Positions 13,661-26,949 are shown, counted from the stretch's first letter. The stretch: 64,000 bases of DNA from Eledone cirrhosa (GCA_964016885.1 OZ024741.1:84692001-84756000), one strand, 5' to 3'. The notes: a model not told the origin generated them from the sequence alone. Translations and numbers: made by a program.

Positions 13661-15267
13661 CATAATCGACACTCATATTGAACTGGTATCGTATCGATTT
13701 AGAAAGGATGAAAATATTTTATCTGGCGTTCTAATGATTCTGCCAGTCCACCGTCTATTTGCTTTGATTACAATAATGAAACAATGGAATGTCAACTGTA
13801 GAGATAATCTTTAGAGAGCACTAGCTCATATATCATAATAAATATTGATTTTTGTTTTTGATATTCCACCCCAACTCCACCGCCTCTTCCCCTACCTTCT
13901 ATCTTTTTTCTTTTCTATGACGTTCCATAATAAAAGCTGTCTAAATAAGTGGTTTTCTAAACTATAGGGTGTCATACATTTCTATTTTCATCCCAGGTTG
14001 GTAAAGAAAAAAGAAACGAAACAACTAAGAACCAAACAGGAAATACATAAATTTCAGTTAAAAGAATACATATATATGTGTGTCGGGGGGGGGGGGGGTA
14101 TGTGTGTGTGTACAGATTATAAGATTAACAGTACGATATACTTGGAATTATGTATTGGATCTTAACACGTAATATAATGTGTTTTAACATGAATTATTAT
14201 TATTCAACACGTTTTCATATCTTACCTGGTTTTAAATAGAACGGTTCAGAACATACGTGGTGGGAACATTTTTCAAAGGTACAGTAAACCTCTTATCGTT
14301 CACATGCTCCCGTATTACAAAATGTGAGAAGGAAAATTCAACAACGATATCTCAGTCACGAGAAAGCTTGACGATATACCTCCTCCAAAACATCGATGTA
14401 CATAAATATATTTCTATAAGGGTCTTGAACATACGTGGTTCTTTTAATAAGGTAGAACTCTGAGGAACCTATTCATCGCGTAAGATATGGGTTCAGCGCC
14501 AGCAGTCGTGTCGACTCTGGAAAATTATTAATAATTATATATCTTGTATATATTCGGTGAGTTTCGTTGTCACCCCACTTACATTCTTTTTTATTATTAT
14601 TACGCGTTGGTTCTGTCATAATGTCATTCTTTAAAATTGGCAATTTACACAATCATTAGGTTTTAAGCTTTCTTCCTCTATCGTGGAATTTCTCCTTGCT
14701 TTACCTACGTTTATCATCTAAATAGCTTTGTCTTTCTTTTTCACCATAATGCCTCATATGATTTTCAATTCATTTTCTTTGTTAAATAATTGCCACTTGT
14801 GAATCAAACTATTTTATCTTAAGTACCATGCCACGAATGTTATATTCGATAACGATTTTTATACTCTTTTTATTTCGTTAAAAACTACTAACTCATATTG
14901 TTACAAAGTAATCCCTAAGTACATCAATTCTTTTGTGCTTTAAACAATATTTAAATGATCCATGAATATTTATAAAGAAATTCACATTCGTCTTTTGACT
15001 ATTTATTTAAGATAGAATCAGATTAAAATAGTATCACTCCATATTTAATTTATTTATAATAAGCATTAACATTATTAATCATAATGTTTCAAACATATCG
15101 ATGTTCTGCTATTACTATTGCACAAGAATTGCTTGTTTAATTTCTAATCTAACTTTTCCCAAGATAACTTTATCTTATCGTTATTATTATTGAATTTTAT
15201 ATAAAGATGGTGCTTTATTGATTTTATTGTAATAATTTAGTCTGCTATTATAACCGAACAGGGAAGG

Positions 15268-15325
<58 letters not shown>

Positions 15326-15563
15326 TATATATGGGTGATGCGGTGTATGTGGGTGCGCGTGTGTGCATGTGTGTGCTTATGCATACATACATATATATAT
15401 ATACGTACATTCATGTATAGACACATATATATGCATATATATATATGTGTGTGTGTGTGAAATTTCGTATTTCTAAAGAAATACGGTTTTAGGAAGCCGT
15501 AGCTATGCAAACACAGGGGGGGCTAACGCCCTCTGGTGGTGTCCAGCAGAAGCAGGGGGACAA

Positions 15564-15605
15564 CCGTCTATGCATCTCAGGCTTGACTGGCCTTCGTCAG
15601 GACGG
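15564..15605 (-). ncRNA. Type I hammerhead ribozyme motif (GAAA mutated to GAGA)
   Basis: Reverse complement: CCGTC-CTGACGA-AGGC cagtcaa GCCT-GAGA-tgca-TA-GACGG. Confidence 0.75.
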
Positions 15606-16052
15606 TCCCGCCCATTGCTTGCTACTTCTGGACTTGCAAACAGTCGAGAATATAAAGTTTTCTCGTCTGTGTAAATGAGGTGATTAATCTCATTTGCATA
15701 AGTTGGCTCAACTTATAATAGAAAAGAAATAATATTTCGCTTCAAGCATAGCTTTATACATTATGTATAATAATTTCGTATTTTCAAAGAAATACGGTTT
15801 TAGGAAGCCGTGGCTATGCAAACACCGGGAGGCTAACGCCCTCTGGTGGTGTCCAGCAGAAGCAAGGGGGACATTCTATACATATTGTATAAAGCTATGC
15901 TTGGAGCAAAATCTTATTTATTTTCTATTATAAGTTGAACCAACTTATGCAGCTTCATATGCAAATGAGATTAATCACCTCATTTACACAGACGAGAAAA
16001 CTATATATTCTCGACTGTTTTCAAGTCCAGCAGTAGCAAGCGGTGGGAGGGA

Positions 16053-16094
16053 CCGTCCTGACGAATGCTAGTCAAGCCTGAAATGCATAGACGG
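16053..16094 (+). ncRNA. Minimal type I hammerhead ribozyme motif
   Basis: CCGTC-CTGACGA-atgctagtcaagcct-GAAA-tgca-TA-GACGG; stem I CCGTC/GACGG, palindromic stem III typical of PLE dimeric HHRs. Confidence 0.85.
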
Positions 16095-16906
16095 ATGACC
16101 CCTTTGCTTCTGCTGAATACCACCAGAGGGCGTTAGCCCCCGGGTGTTTGCATAGCTACGGCTTCCTAAAACCGTATTTCTTTAGAAATACCAAATTTCT
16201 ATACATATTATATAAAGCTATGCTTGAAGCGAAATCTTATTTCTTTTATATATATATATATATATATATTCATTTCCAGAAGGAGCTGTCTAGCGTGAAT
16301 TATTTATTTGCCTTCAATTTTGGCTAAATTACATAAACAATATATTCATAGAACAATTCAGCTTCTTACTATTTCATACCATTTTAGATAATAACTACAT
16401 TTGTTGTTTGTCTCAAAGGGTAACGATACACATTTATTACCCTTTACTTCTCCTTATAACACTCTTGACAATGTAATTACTACTAATACTTATGGGAATA
16501 TAATGTTATCAGCCACCTCATCTCCATTTTTCATTTAAAGATTAACTTAAAATCTCATAATCTAAAATTTTTATTTAAAATTTCTAAAAGCATGAATTCA
16601 TCTGAAAGAAGATGCCTCTTGTTCATTCATGAATATACCCATAGTCAGTAAACGCTGATATCATAGGACGGTGACCAATGTTCATTGGGTCTTTCGGACT
16701 CAAACCATACCTCTGTCTTGTTGGTGAATCAGCAACGGTAACCTGGCGTCCAGTTTATTTCCTATTTCTTGCTCCATAACCAACAAGAGGCGCTCTCTGC
16801 TGCCTTTCCCAGCCTGCGAACTACTGATGTCTTTCTTCCTGTCATCCCCTCTTAACAGAGAATCCTCTGCATCACCCTTGACTGGAAAAAATATATAAAA
16901 CCGGCA

Positions 16907-17740
16907 AATTTACAAATTCGAATTACATCATCAATAATAATATTCATAATAAAATTGCTTGACAGACACTTTCCAATTTACAAATTCGAATTACATCATC
17001 AATAATAATATTCATAATAAAATTGCTTGACAAACACTTTCCCTAAAATTCATAAATATCATAAAATCTTTAATAGAAAAACTATCAAACTATCATACTC
17101 CACTGCCAACAACATAGAATCGCACATACATAAAATTAACTATAAAAGAATTTATAATTCAAGTTGCCCGCAAATAAGTACCATAACACCAAATACAAAT
17201 CATAAGCATATAACATCATCACAACGAAACACACGTCAGAACACATCACCACAATACATCAACAAACACAATTATCAGCCCATACATAGCAACCTACAAA
17301 ACCATATCGAAGAACCGGCACATAGAAAAGCATCTAAATGTAACTGCCATCTACCTCACAAATGCCCTTTACAAAATAGATGCCTAGAGACAAATATAGT
17401 ATACCTATGTACTATAAATTCAGGTAGCTTAGCATGGCATTACATTGGCTCCACAGCTGGAGAGTTTAAGGAAAGGTGGTACATCCACAGACACTCTATG
17501 ATTAATAGGAACCTCTTAATCTCTCGCCAGTAAAATCTTGCAACTCAAGGATGAAAACATGGAATATAAAATCAGCTGGACGAAGCTATCAAAAGCAACC
17601 GCCTATCAGATTCGTATGTCCCATTGCGGTCTCTGTAATTTGGAACTTTTCCAAATTTTAAATTACAACAAAATGCTTCTTAACTATTTTCTGTCGGCAT
17701 AAATCGGCCACCAAATTTGAGAACTTTAGACCAGCTTAAT
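16907..17740 (+). mobile_element. 5'-truncated Penelope-like element (Naiad-like): RT thumb/linker, zinc finger and GIY-YIG, degenerate
   Basis: ORF 17027-17533: KIFNRKTIKLSYS, CNCHLPHKCPLQNRCLETNIVY..WHYIGST; 68-bp tandem duplication at the 5' end (16907/16975). Confidence 0.85.
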
Positions 17741-18244
17741 TTCATCTTATCTATTCCATAACCCACTTAGATCTATTATAATATCACATCATCATCATCA
17801 TCATCATTATTATTATTATAATTGTTATCATCTATCAATAAACAACATCAAAACCTCTTATATTTACATTCTTATTTTATATATCTCTATCTTTCTCTCT
17901 CTATCTTTATATTTCTTTCCCTAAATATATTTCATCTCTGGCATTTTATTTTATCATATAATATAACTTACAACTAATTTATTCATTTATTTATTAAAAT
18001 AACCAATACACACATAAATATATTTAACAATATCATATTTATACCTTCGTGTATCTATATGTATATATCTCTATATTGTAGCCATTCTCAAAAACTACTC
18101 TCAATAATCTTAATATGTTTAAATTTTCTACGCATATTTTTACTTTTTTACTTATTTATTTTAATATTTCATTTTTAATTTTTTGCATATTTTCATTTTT
18201 CGTTTTTCACATTTTATACCATTTTATATCATATTAGATATAAT

Positions 18245-18275
<31 letters not shown>

Positions 18276-18620
18276 TATATTTATTATTATTTTTATTTTT
18301 ATTTTTATTTTTATTTACATTTATTCATGTATTAATGTTTATTCATTTATTGCTGATATCATTACTTTTCCCTCTATTTTTCTTTCTCTCCTACGTTATT
18401 TCTCCTTATGTTTTTCTCTCCTCTTTATACCATAATTTTTCCATATATTCTCTTCTCTCTATATTTTTCCCTATACTCATTTCTCCTTTTTCCTCTTCTT
18501 TCTCTTTTACTTTTTCTTTTTCTCTTTTTTCTTTTTCCTTTTCCTTCCTTTCTCTCCTGTATCTATCTCCCTTTCTGTCTCTTTCTCTCCCTATATCTTT
18601 ATTATTAATATTATTAATGA

Positions 18621-20291
18621 CTAGCAGCAGTACCCAGCGTTGCCTGGGTAGGAAAAATAATATCTGCTTTGATGAAAAGGTGTTGATCTTAGCGACTGCT
18701 TCTCGAGGACTCATCTATGGTCACACACAGTTGCCCCTGAACATTAAATGTAGGCATGAAACTGTCTTCCTTAACAATGTTTTCTCCAAACTATGCCATC
18801 TGAAAGCCGCAATTGTATTTTCGGATTTTTTCAAGGAAGTGTTTAGACTCCGCTATTTCACCTGCCAGATGCGTCTTCAATGGCTCAGGTGGATCAAGGA
18901 GGAAAGGTAAGCAGACCTTTCCATTCGCGCAGCACATCCCAGATGGTTCACCTGGCCACTTCATGGCATTGCAGTAGGTGCAAATGGTGGACATATCGCC
19001 AATGATCACGTCAGTATGGGTGGCATAATTGAAGGTTGGGCTATATTCTAACGCCTTAAGTAACCATCGCGAACTGGAAGGCTTTGAAAGGCCATTTCTG
19101 GAAAGGCTTCTTTGAAGATTACTCTGCAACTGATCACACCTTTCGGATGATGTCTACGTAGCCCGTGCTGTGGCCGTCGACATTGCGTTTCTTCTTTGTC
19201 TGCGAACGCGCTGACCCTCATTTTCAGAAGCTCATGCACTGGCCTTCGACACAGCGCCTCTTGTCTGTCCGCGGACGCGCCGATCCTCCGTTTCAGCAGC
19301 GCGTGCAGCGGCCGTGGACATTGCGTTTCTAGTTTGTCTTATTTCGGCATTTTATAGTGGCTCACTTGCTCGTCTATTTGTCATACTTCTGCCTCGCGCC
19401 GTTTCCGACCAATTTTGTTACTCTGTTTTCGGAGTCATTATCTAAAGAGTAGTTTAAGCACATCTGGAATAGTACCCATGAAAGAGTTAATGCATAGAAC
19501 AGTATAGCCGGATTATACAAATTTATCGCAGACTTAAAAAGTGAAAGAATTATCGTTGACACTCGGTTCTAGTAGAGGTCAATAGTCTGAACTGAGATTG
19601 ACGGAGTCCAGGTAGGAATAAAACCTGGTTGGAAATTCATGAGCTGGCAAGTTTCTTGAAAATCAGTCGTAAGGTGTAGCAAATGGCGAAATGTTGAGTG
19701 AAATTGTATATAATTGTATATACAGTATATAGAGATATATATAAAATAGAGAGAAAGATTATATATAGATAATAGAGAGAGAGAGAGAGAGAATTAACAT
19801 ACAAATCGATGTAGGAGTGTAGATATTAAGTGATATCGTCTGCTGAGTTAACGGTGAAAGTTTATATGGATTGACGATTTCTCCTACATTCGTTCTTTTT
19901 CATTAGTAGTGTCTGATGATAGAATGGTGTTGATGTTTCTTAAGATGATTTTACATATTTTTTTCAATGTATTTTTAGCTGGTAGAGCGACCAAGAAGTC
20001 ATTTGTCATTGTGTGGCAATTGTTTTAACCGATTAGAGTAATTATCAACGGGAAATAATCCTTCTGTCCTGCTTCTTAGGTATCAATATTTACTTCCCTT
20101 TAATTTGTTTTAACTAAGATTTTGTGTATTTGGTTGACTTATTTTTTAATATTTAATGACCCCGGAATAAAAAAAAACGATACGCTGATATATAGAAAAC
20201 ACTCCCCGATGACTAATATATGAGCATGTAAAGTTTCATGAAAATCGTTACCCAAAGGTAATACACAGACACACACACACATACTTAATTT

Positions 20292-20300
<9 letters not shown>
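18621..20300 (-). mobile_element. Internally deleted Helitron with Rep N-terminal fragment
   Basis: ORF 18791-19129 CTYCNAMKWPGEPSGMCCANGKV..PPEPL..FLEKIRKYN (Helitron Rep zinc finger). Minus-strand 3' end TACCCAG-gcaacg-CTGGGTA hairpin then CTAG|T at 18650-18620. Helitron-like 5' region (tatatataaaattaagtatgtgtgtg..gtctgt) at ~20300. Confidence 0.8.
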
Positions 20301-20356
<56 letters not shown>

Positions 20357-20630
20357 ATATATATATATATATAGTTACTTTTCTCCTTCCCTCTTCTCTT
20401 CTCCCTTTCTAACACCTTCTCATTTCTCATCTCAGTCTTTAGAATCTATTTCTTCCTTTCTCTCCCTCACTCCGTTCAATACATGGTTATATCTTAAACC
20501 AACTTTTTCCTATACACATAGTATTCACTTGTTCACGGCTACCCTTCCCGCATAAGGGTGCTACAAGTTTACGAAAATGCATACACGTACACTGATCACT
20601 TCAAACTTTTTCAATTAATGCATTTATATA

Positions 20631-20738
<108 letters not shown>

Positions 20739-21754
20739 TGTGTGGTCCCGTAAATCCCCAGGGAGTCGTAGGAGCACTGTATTGCCATACAGCGTTTCTT
20801 GGACATTTTAAAATATATATGTAGTCGACAAAGAGGATGATATAAATAGACATGCCATACAAACCAAAACATATAGACCCATACATTCAATAAAACACAT
20901 ACCTGCACATACACACACATACATATATATATATATATACACAAACACTCACACACAAAACACATACAGACATACACACATTTGTAACTAATTGTTTCTA
21001 AGTTAGAAACCGATTCTCTTTCTCTCACTCCCTCTCTATATCTCTCTCTCCCCTCTCTCTCTCTCTATTCGTTAAAATCTATAAAATAGTGAAAAAATAT
21101 GCATACATACACAAACACATACATCCATGCATACACGTATAGATATCTACATCCATGTATATCAAGATACATACGTATATATATAGTTCTCTCTGTTTCT
21201 CTTACCTTCTTTCGCCCCCTCTGTCAGTTACACTTTCTCTCGACTGACCTCTTCCTCGCACTTCCACTCACTCACTCTCTGTTTCTCCCCTTCTCACTTC
21301 CTCCCGTTCGCTAGTAGTGGGGTTCCTTCTTTCTCACACCGCATTCACGGCGTACGGTCTGCTTCTCTGACCGCTCATGAAATTCACCCAGCTAATGCTG
21401 ATCGGATAACTATCATGTGCTTGCTGTTTTTCCAACCTTCGGTTTGCTTTTCCTTCTGTTGTTTACTTGTCTCACTCGCTTTACGCGTTTCACTTGTCCC
21501 AATAGTTTATTTTAGTTATTGCTCGCACCAACCTGAGGTATCTGATTTTTAATGCGATGAAATACCAATGATGGTTGGCAAATCACTGATGAGGGACTCA
21601 TTTTATAATATGTAATCCATGTGCAACCATGCAGTATTCTTATCCCCTTGTTTTTCATATATATATATATACATATAACGAAGAAAATGTGGTAAGGAAC
21701 TAGGTGGACCATAACGCACCAAAGTACTCAATACTTAGGGTAGTAGAGTGGGTA

Positions 21755-21865
21755 ATAGGAACGAGTAGGACCCCGACGGCTGAGCTCAAGCCGTTTCGAC
21801 GGCTAATTCAGTCCAGAATTAGCCGTCGAAACGGCTTGAGCTCAGCCGTCGGGGTCCTACTCGTT

Positions 21866-21870
<5 letters not shown>
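21755..21870. repeat. Perfect palindrome (55-bp arms, 6-nt loop) containing the 3' half of a hammerhead
   Basis: ataggaacgagtagg..ggctaattc agtcca gaattagcc..cctactcgttcctat; right arm reads GAAA-CGGCT tgagctc AGCCG-TC-GGGG. Confidence 0.9.
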
Positions 21871-21908
<38 letters not shown>

Positions 21909-22005
21909 GTTATTCCGGGTTGAATCGGAGGTAACCACAGTAAGTAAGGTACTCAATACATAGCAGAGTATAACAGTTTTAATATAGATGAGATTCTACA
22001 GGACT

Positions 22006-22050
22006 TTCCTGATGATTTCTATTGAATGAAACAGTTCTAGTCCTGTAGAA
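22006..22050 (+). ncRNA. Type I hammerhead ribozyme motif in a small fold-back insertion
   Basis: TTC-CTGATGA-tTTC tatt GAAt-GAAA-CAG ttctagtc CTG-TA-GAA; 24-bp inverted repeat 21982-22005 / 22039-22062 followed by (TA)n. Confidence 0.7.
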
Positions 22051-22055
22051 TCTCA

Positions 22056-22126
<71 letters not shown>

Positions 22127-22610
22127 GCGTATTTACATACATATATGCATACATACATATATTGATGCATACATGCCTATATACCTACCCATATATAGAC
22201 AAGTACACATACAAGAGTGCACATACACAATTTGTCACACTGTGAAATGCCTTGCCGTTTCTCACATTATGTCTACCCATCTCTCCTCATATTTCTCTTT
22301 CTCACTCTCTCTCCCCGTCTCGCTCACACATACATTCGAACACATACATACGGAAACACACATACAAAATTGTGAATTTACACCAACAATCGTGTCTTGG
22401 CTACGACGAATATGACATAATATTTCTCAATTGAAGGATGAAAAATAGGCTGAAGCTTCTAAATTTTTTTGTTTCAACCGTTTGAAGTGAACATTTCCCT
22501 TCTGCGTCACGAAGCCAGATTCCATAAGAAAAAATGGCAGCCCCGGAGTTAATGATCATAATTTCTTCCGTACCCTTCCTTTTTTTGCATCCATTTTCTA
22601 TACTCCCCCC

Positions 22611-22711
22611 TCTTCTTCTTCTTCTTCTTCTTCTTCTTCTTCTTCTTCTTCTTCTTCTTCTTCTTCTTCTTCTTCTTCTTCTTCTTCTTCTTCTTCTTCT
22701 TCTTCTTCTTC
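22611..22711. repeat. (TTC)n microsatellite
   Basis: About 33 TTC units. Confidence 0.97.
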
Positions 22712-23189
22712 TGCAACAGGTGCATACATTTCTTATCCTTCTTCATTCTTCTTCTATTAAAATATATATTTATTTATTTTTCTAAACATATTCTTGAAAT
22801 TGATCTTGACGAGGATTATGTAGTTTTGGTACCAATATATGTTGAAGTATGAAATGGTGAATACTGTAAATTCGCGGATAATTTTTGTCAGAACTAGATG
22901 TTGACTCATACTTCTGAGGGAACCCGTTAGGTATTATGTATAATTCTCGCTATATGCATATTAAGGATTTCAAGCTACCTATATAGGTGAAGAAGCGACG
23001 ATAAGTAGTTGCACAAACGTGAGATATTTGCGTTTTTGATAGACATAGTTAGAAATAGCGGTGATAATCCCTTCCTCAACAGGGTTCTCATTAACAGAGC
23101 TCTCCACAACACAACTGAACCTAATGTGATCCGCGAACGCAAGACGGCCTATACCCTGTGAAGGTCCACCCCCTCTCCCCTCCGGCTAG

Positions 23190-23540
23190 CTCGAGAGGAA
23201 GTTAAAACGCCAGACGGCATGACAATCTCTCTTCATATGGAATGCTACCTGCTCTGTTATATTCCCTGGTCGCAAGCGGGTGCGTTCGGCTACCAGCCCA
23301 GGCTCTGCTGCCCTCCAGGCCGAAGACGGCAAATTGTTCAAGTGTCGGCCATTCTCTGATAAATTTGTGGTAGAGCCTATAGCAATGGAAACTTCCGGCA
23401 TTCATTGCCTCAGACCTTATCCCTGCTCACTGCTATCGGAGCGATGTTGGCTACTTGCAAGATTGGTTGTTCCAGCACGTCCCCTGCGCCGTTCTCCGGG
23501 CCATCCTGTCGGGCGAGACCAAGAGGCGGAGGGTAAGATA
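23190..23540 (+). mobile_element. CRE-like non-LTR retrotransposon 3' fragment (restriction-like endonuclease)
   Basis: Broken frames read KRPDGMT-like..WNATC..SATSPGSAALQAEDGK..KFVVEPIAMETSG, matching the RPDG..WDATC..AA..AE..K..P.A.ET.G pattern of RLE domains. Confidence 0.6.
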
Positions 23541-23671
23541 GATAGGTGTGGGGGATACTCGTTCGGACGTCATACATATAAACACATACTCAACCACTTA
23601 TACAGTCTTGTATATATATAGACCTGTGATGTATTTTCCATTTATTACTATTATATATATATATATATATC

Positions 23672-24208
23672 AATTACAGAATAATCAAAACTACGTTCAA
23701 AACATTTTATTGCTGACAATCGTTTCTTCTAAACTTTCGTTTGGAATCATCGGAGCATTAGCAAAGTTTAGACATATAATTAACCTCCTATTCCATAGAA
23801 CAATCGTAAAGAAACGTAGATAATACTGTTGTCACTAACGGTGTCATATTTAAAGAGTGAATGTGATGTGGTTAGTATCAGTGGATGCGACAAAGATTAT
23901 AAAAGTATAATACAACAATTATATAAGAATTAAAGGAGAAAGTTATTCGCAAAATGAGGACTTTAGCCGTAAAGTCCTCATTTTATTTGGTGCATCTACT
24001 GATACTAAGCACATCACCTTCACTCTTTAAATATGACAACGTTTATGACAACAGTAATATCTACGTGCCTTTACGATTGTTATGTAGAATAGGAGGTTAA
24101 TTATATGTCTAAACTTTGCTAATTCTCCGATGATTCCAAACGAAAGTTTTGAAGAAACGATTGTCAGCAATAAAATGTTTTGAACATAGTTTTGATTATT
24201 CTGTAATT
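23672..24208. mobile_element. Inverted pair of ~220-bp PLE pLTR-like segments, each with a variant hammerhead
   Basis: 23672-~23890 is the reverse complement of ~23990-24208; HHR-like GCT-CCGATGA-TTCCAAAC gaaa GTTTAGAA-GAAA-cgattg-TC-AGC at 23712-23756 (-) and a near-identical copy at 24124-24168 (+). Confidence 0.75.
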
Positions 24209-24399
24209 TATATTCCTGCTCTGTAAGACATCTGATGTATTTACATTGAGCTATTTTTCATACTGGTATTAAGGTGGTAAAATAATACTGACCTTTCCTG
24301 TTTATAATTATATATAGTGTATATATAAGTATAAATAATATTATTATTATTATATATATATTTATTTATTTATTTATATATATATTTATATATATATAC

Positions 24400-24431
<32 letters not shown>

Positions 24432-25059
24432 TTGCGTGTATGTGCGAGAGTATGTGTGTGTGTGTATGTATGTTCGTGTTTGATACAAAGTTTTGTCGTT
24501 GCTTGTTTCGTGAACATGCAGGAAAATTGAATAAATTATCAACAAAGCTCCTATTCATGCCTTATCGGGATACACTACGGCTGGACAACCCCAATAGAAT
24601 ATTGGCAAAATTAGAAAATGAAATTCTGCTGAGATATTAATTTAGAACATGTGCTGAACCGAGCGTAAATCAAGTTGAAATCTAATACTTTATTTAATAT
24701 ACAAATTATACGTATTCATAATTCACTTGGATAAATATAGGAAATGAAGAGAAAATAGAATAGACAACAAAATGAGTAGGATGTAAGTAATTTAGCTTCA
24801 AACAAAATTTCTGTTTATTTTTAAATCTTAAATCTTTCCTCTCCAGATATTTGTACGAACATTTTAAACCTCACATTTACTCAGGACTAGTATTGTATTG
24901 TAGACGTCTAATCAGGCGGAAATATTGATATGGAGATATAGACTGCTAAATCGTTATAAAATTATTGAATTTAACAAGTTCTTTTATTAAAAATGTCATG
25001 AAGATATTGCGATTACTTGTTCTTTTCCTATGCAGATCTATACAAACACGCACACACTC

Positions 25060-25130
<71 letters not shown>

Positions 25131-25732
25131 CATATATATATATACTTATATATGTGCGTATATATATATTTATATATAAACATGTGTGTCTGTGTGTATG
25201 TGCGTGCTTGTGTACGTAAGTACATAGATATATTTATTCAAAAATTTGTTTACAAATTGTCTCGTCTAGTTAAGGCCTTTTGTTGACAATTTAATACATT
25301 AATGGCTACTGCAATTATTTACTCACATATTTAAACACGAACGTGACTCATCTAAGAACAGAGACTACTTTCAAAATGTTTATAGTCTGGATTGTATGTG
25401 CTCTTCTGAAAAATGTGTTGTATATATTTTATAACAAAATTAAGCTTTATTACATTTCTTTCTTACCGATTTTAACATGAGAAATATATATATATTTAAA
25501 ACTATTAAATATTATTACTTTAAATGTTTGCCAACTACCGCAATGTATGTTCTGATATCAAAATTATCAATAACACAAGTGCAGCAAGATTCGGAATAAG
25601 GCATTTAGGAACCCATACGACATATTTTTATGTGAATATGATATGCTGTGATAACGTATTGTGTATGAATTCATATATTCCTCTATTCTAAACAATACTT
25701 TGTTAGTACTATCAATAATTAATTGTTTCTAC

Positions 25733-25816
25733 GTTAGGCACAAGGCCAGCAATTACCCAGTGTATTACTGGTACTTTATTTTATCGACCCCGTAAGGATG
25801 AAAGGCAAAGTTAACC
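25733..25816 (-). mobile_element. SINE 3' fragment
   Basis: Reverse complement of ttaactttgcctttcatccttacggggtcgataaaataaagtaccag..ggccttgtgcc, same family as 34759. Confidence 0.75.
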
Positions 25817-26949
25817 AAAATTAATATTAGTGAGTCAAGCTCGTTCTATATGTAAATACGTTTTCAAAAAAGTAATTTGTTTACAAAATCTATGACCATG
25901 AGATTTCAAATTTCTTCATACGTTAGTAGCTCGGTGCAAATATGCGACAGATGATGAATAGTAATACTACTGAAATACATATTTACATCACTATTACACT
26001 GATACCGAGGTATTGATGTTAGGATCGGAGCTTAAATGTGTCACAGCGAGATTAAATTTATGTTTTTATACATAAACATATTGTCTCTATACACATTTAT
26101 TCTTATACAATATAATGGATTTATAATTTTGAATTAATAAAGCATCTCTATACGAAATTACAATCATCCTCAGACCAGCTCTCATCACATAGACCATTGG
26201 GAAAAGTTGTTCCATCTATAAGATCTGTTAGAAGATATTTCAATAAACCTTCTTACTGTGGTTTATACCTTCTTGGCTTATTTCTGAATCTACAAAACAC
26301 ATCTATATTGATTTCTGTCAGAATCATAAAATCTAAATTGGAAATCAAGAAATATAAGGGGTGAAAGAGTTATATATTTTGTTCTGTCTCAATCCATTAG
26401 GGACATTCTTGCATTTCAATAATTCATAGATAGAAATCATTTTACTTATACATTTATGATCTTTTTTTCAGTTTTAACATTATATTTGAAAATTTCCTTT
26501 CATATTTTATACTGGTAAGCTGTCAAAATGTATAGAAAAAAATATTTATCTGAAAGAAAATACAGATTTTTCTGATTGATTATATAAAACTATTCAAAAT
26601 GTATTTCGCCTTACTCAAAGTGTTAGGATTTTAAACGAATTTTGACTTCAGCATAACGGTAGTTCTTAATCTTTTAATGCTCGAACTAGCTTTTAACTGT
26701 TTAAAAAATTTGATTTGTGTACCATACCTAAATAAGACCGTAACTGATTTCTTTTCCTTCTAATGTTACCATGAATTTTCAAATAATAATGATTTCTTAC
26801 ATAGGCATTCTGTCAAAGATTTTATAGTAAATGCTAGTGAAAAGTCGTGATGTAGGTGGCTGTTCAGAATTAATGCAGGATTTATGTTTTCATGTATTTG
26901 AGCATACTTTTAAAAAATAAACACCTACGTAAGTTGTGTAAAATTATGG

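Larger units (their letters stand above)
15461..16250. mobile_element. 311-bp hammerhead-bearing unit (retrozyme / PLE pLTR-like): 1.3 copies followed by an inverted 1.2 copies, between microsatellites
   Basis: aatttcgtat recurs at 15461 and 15772 (period 311); orientation flips at ~15873; 15875-16198 is the reverse complement of the unit; (TA)n follows at 16247. Confidence 0.85.

Noticed and set aside
14452-14520. Possible hammerhead (CTGAGGA followed by an acctat..atgggt stem)
   Set aside because: No GAAA after the stem and no clean stem I; too degenerate to call
23951-23984. Perfect hairpin aaaatgaggacttta gccg taaagtcctcatttt resembling an intrinsic terminator
   Set aside because: Eukaryotic context; it lies in the spacer of the pLTR inversion and is better explained as part of that rearrangement
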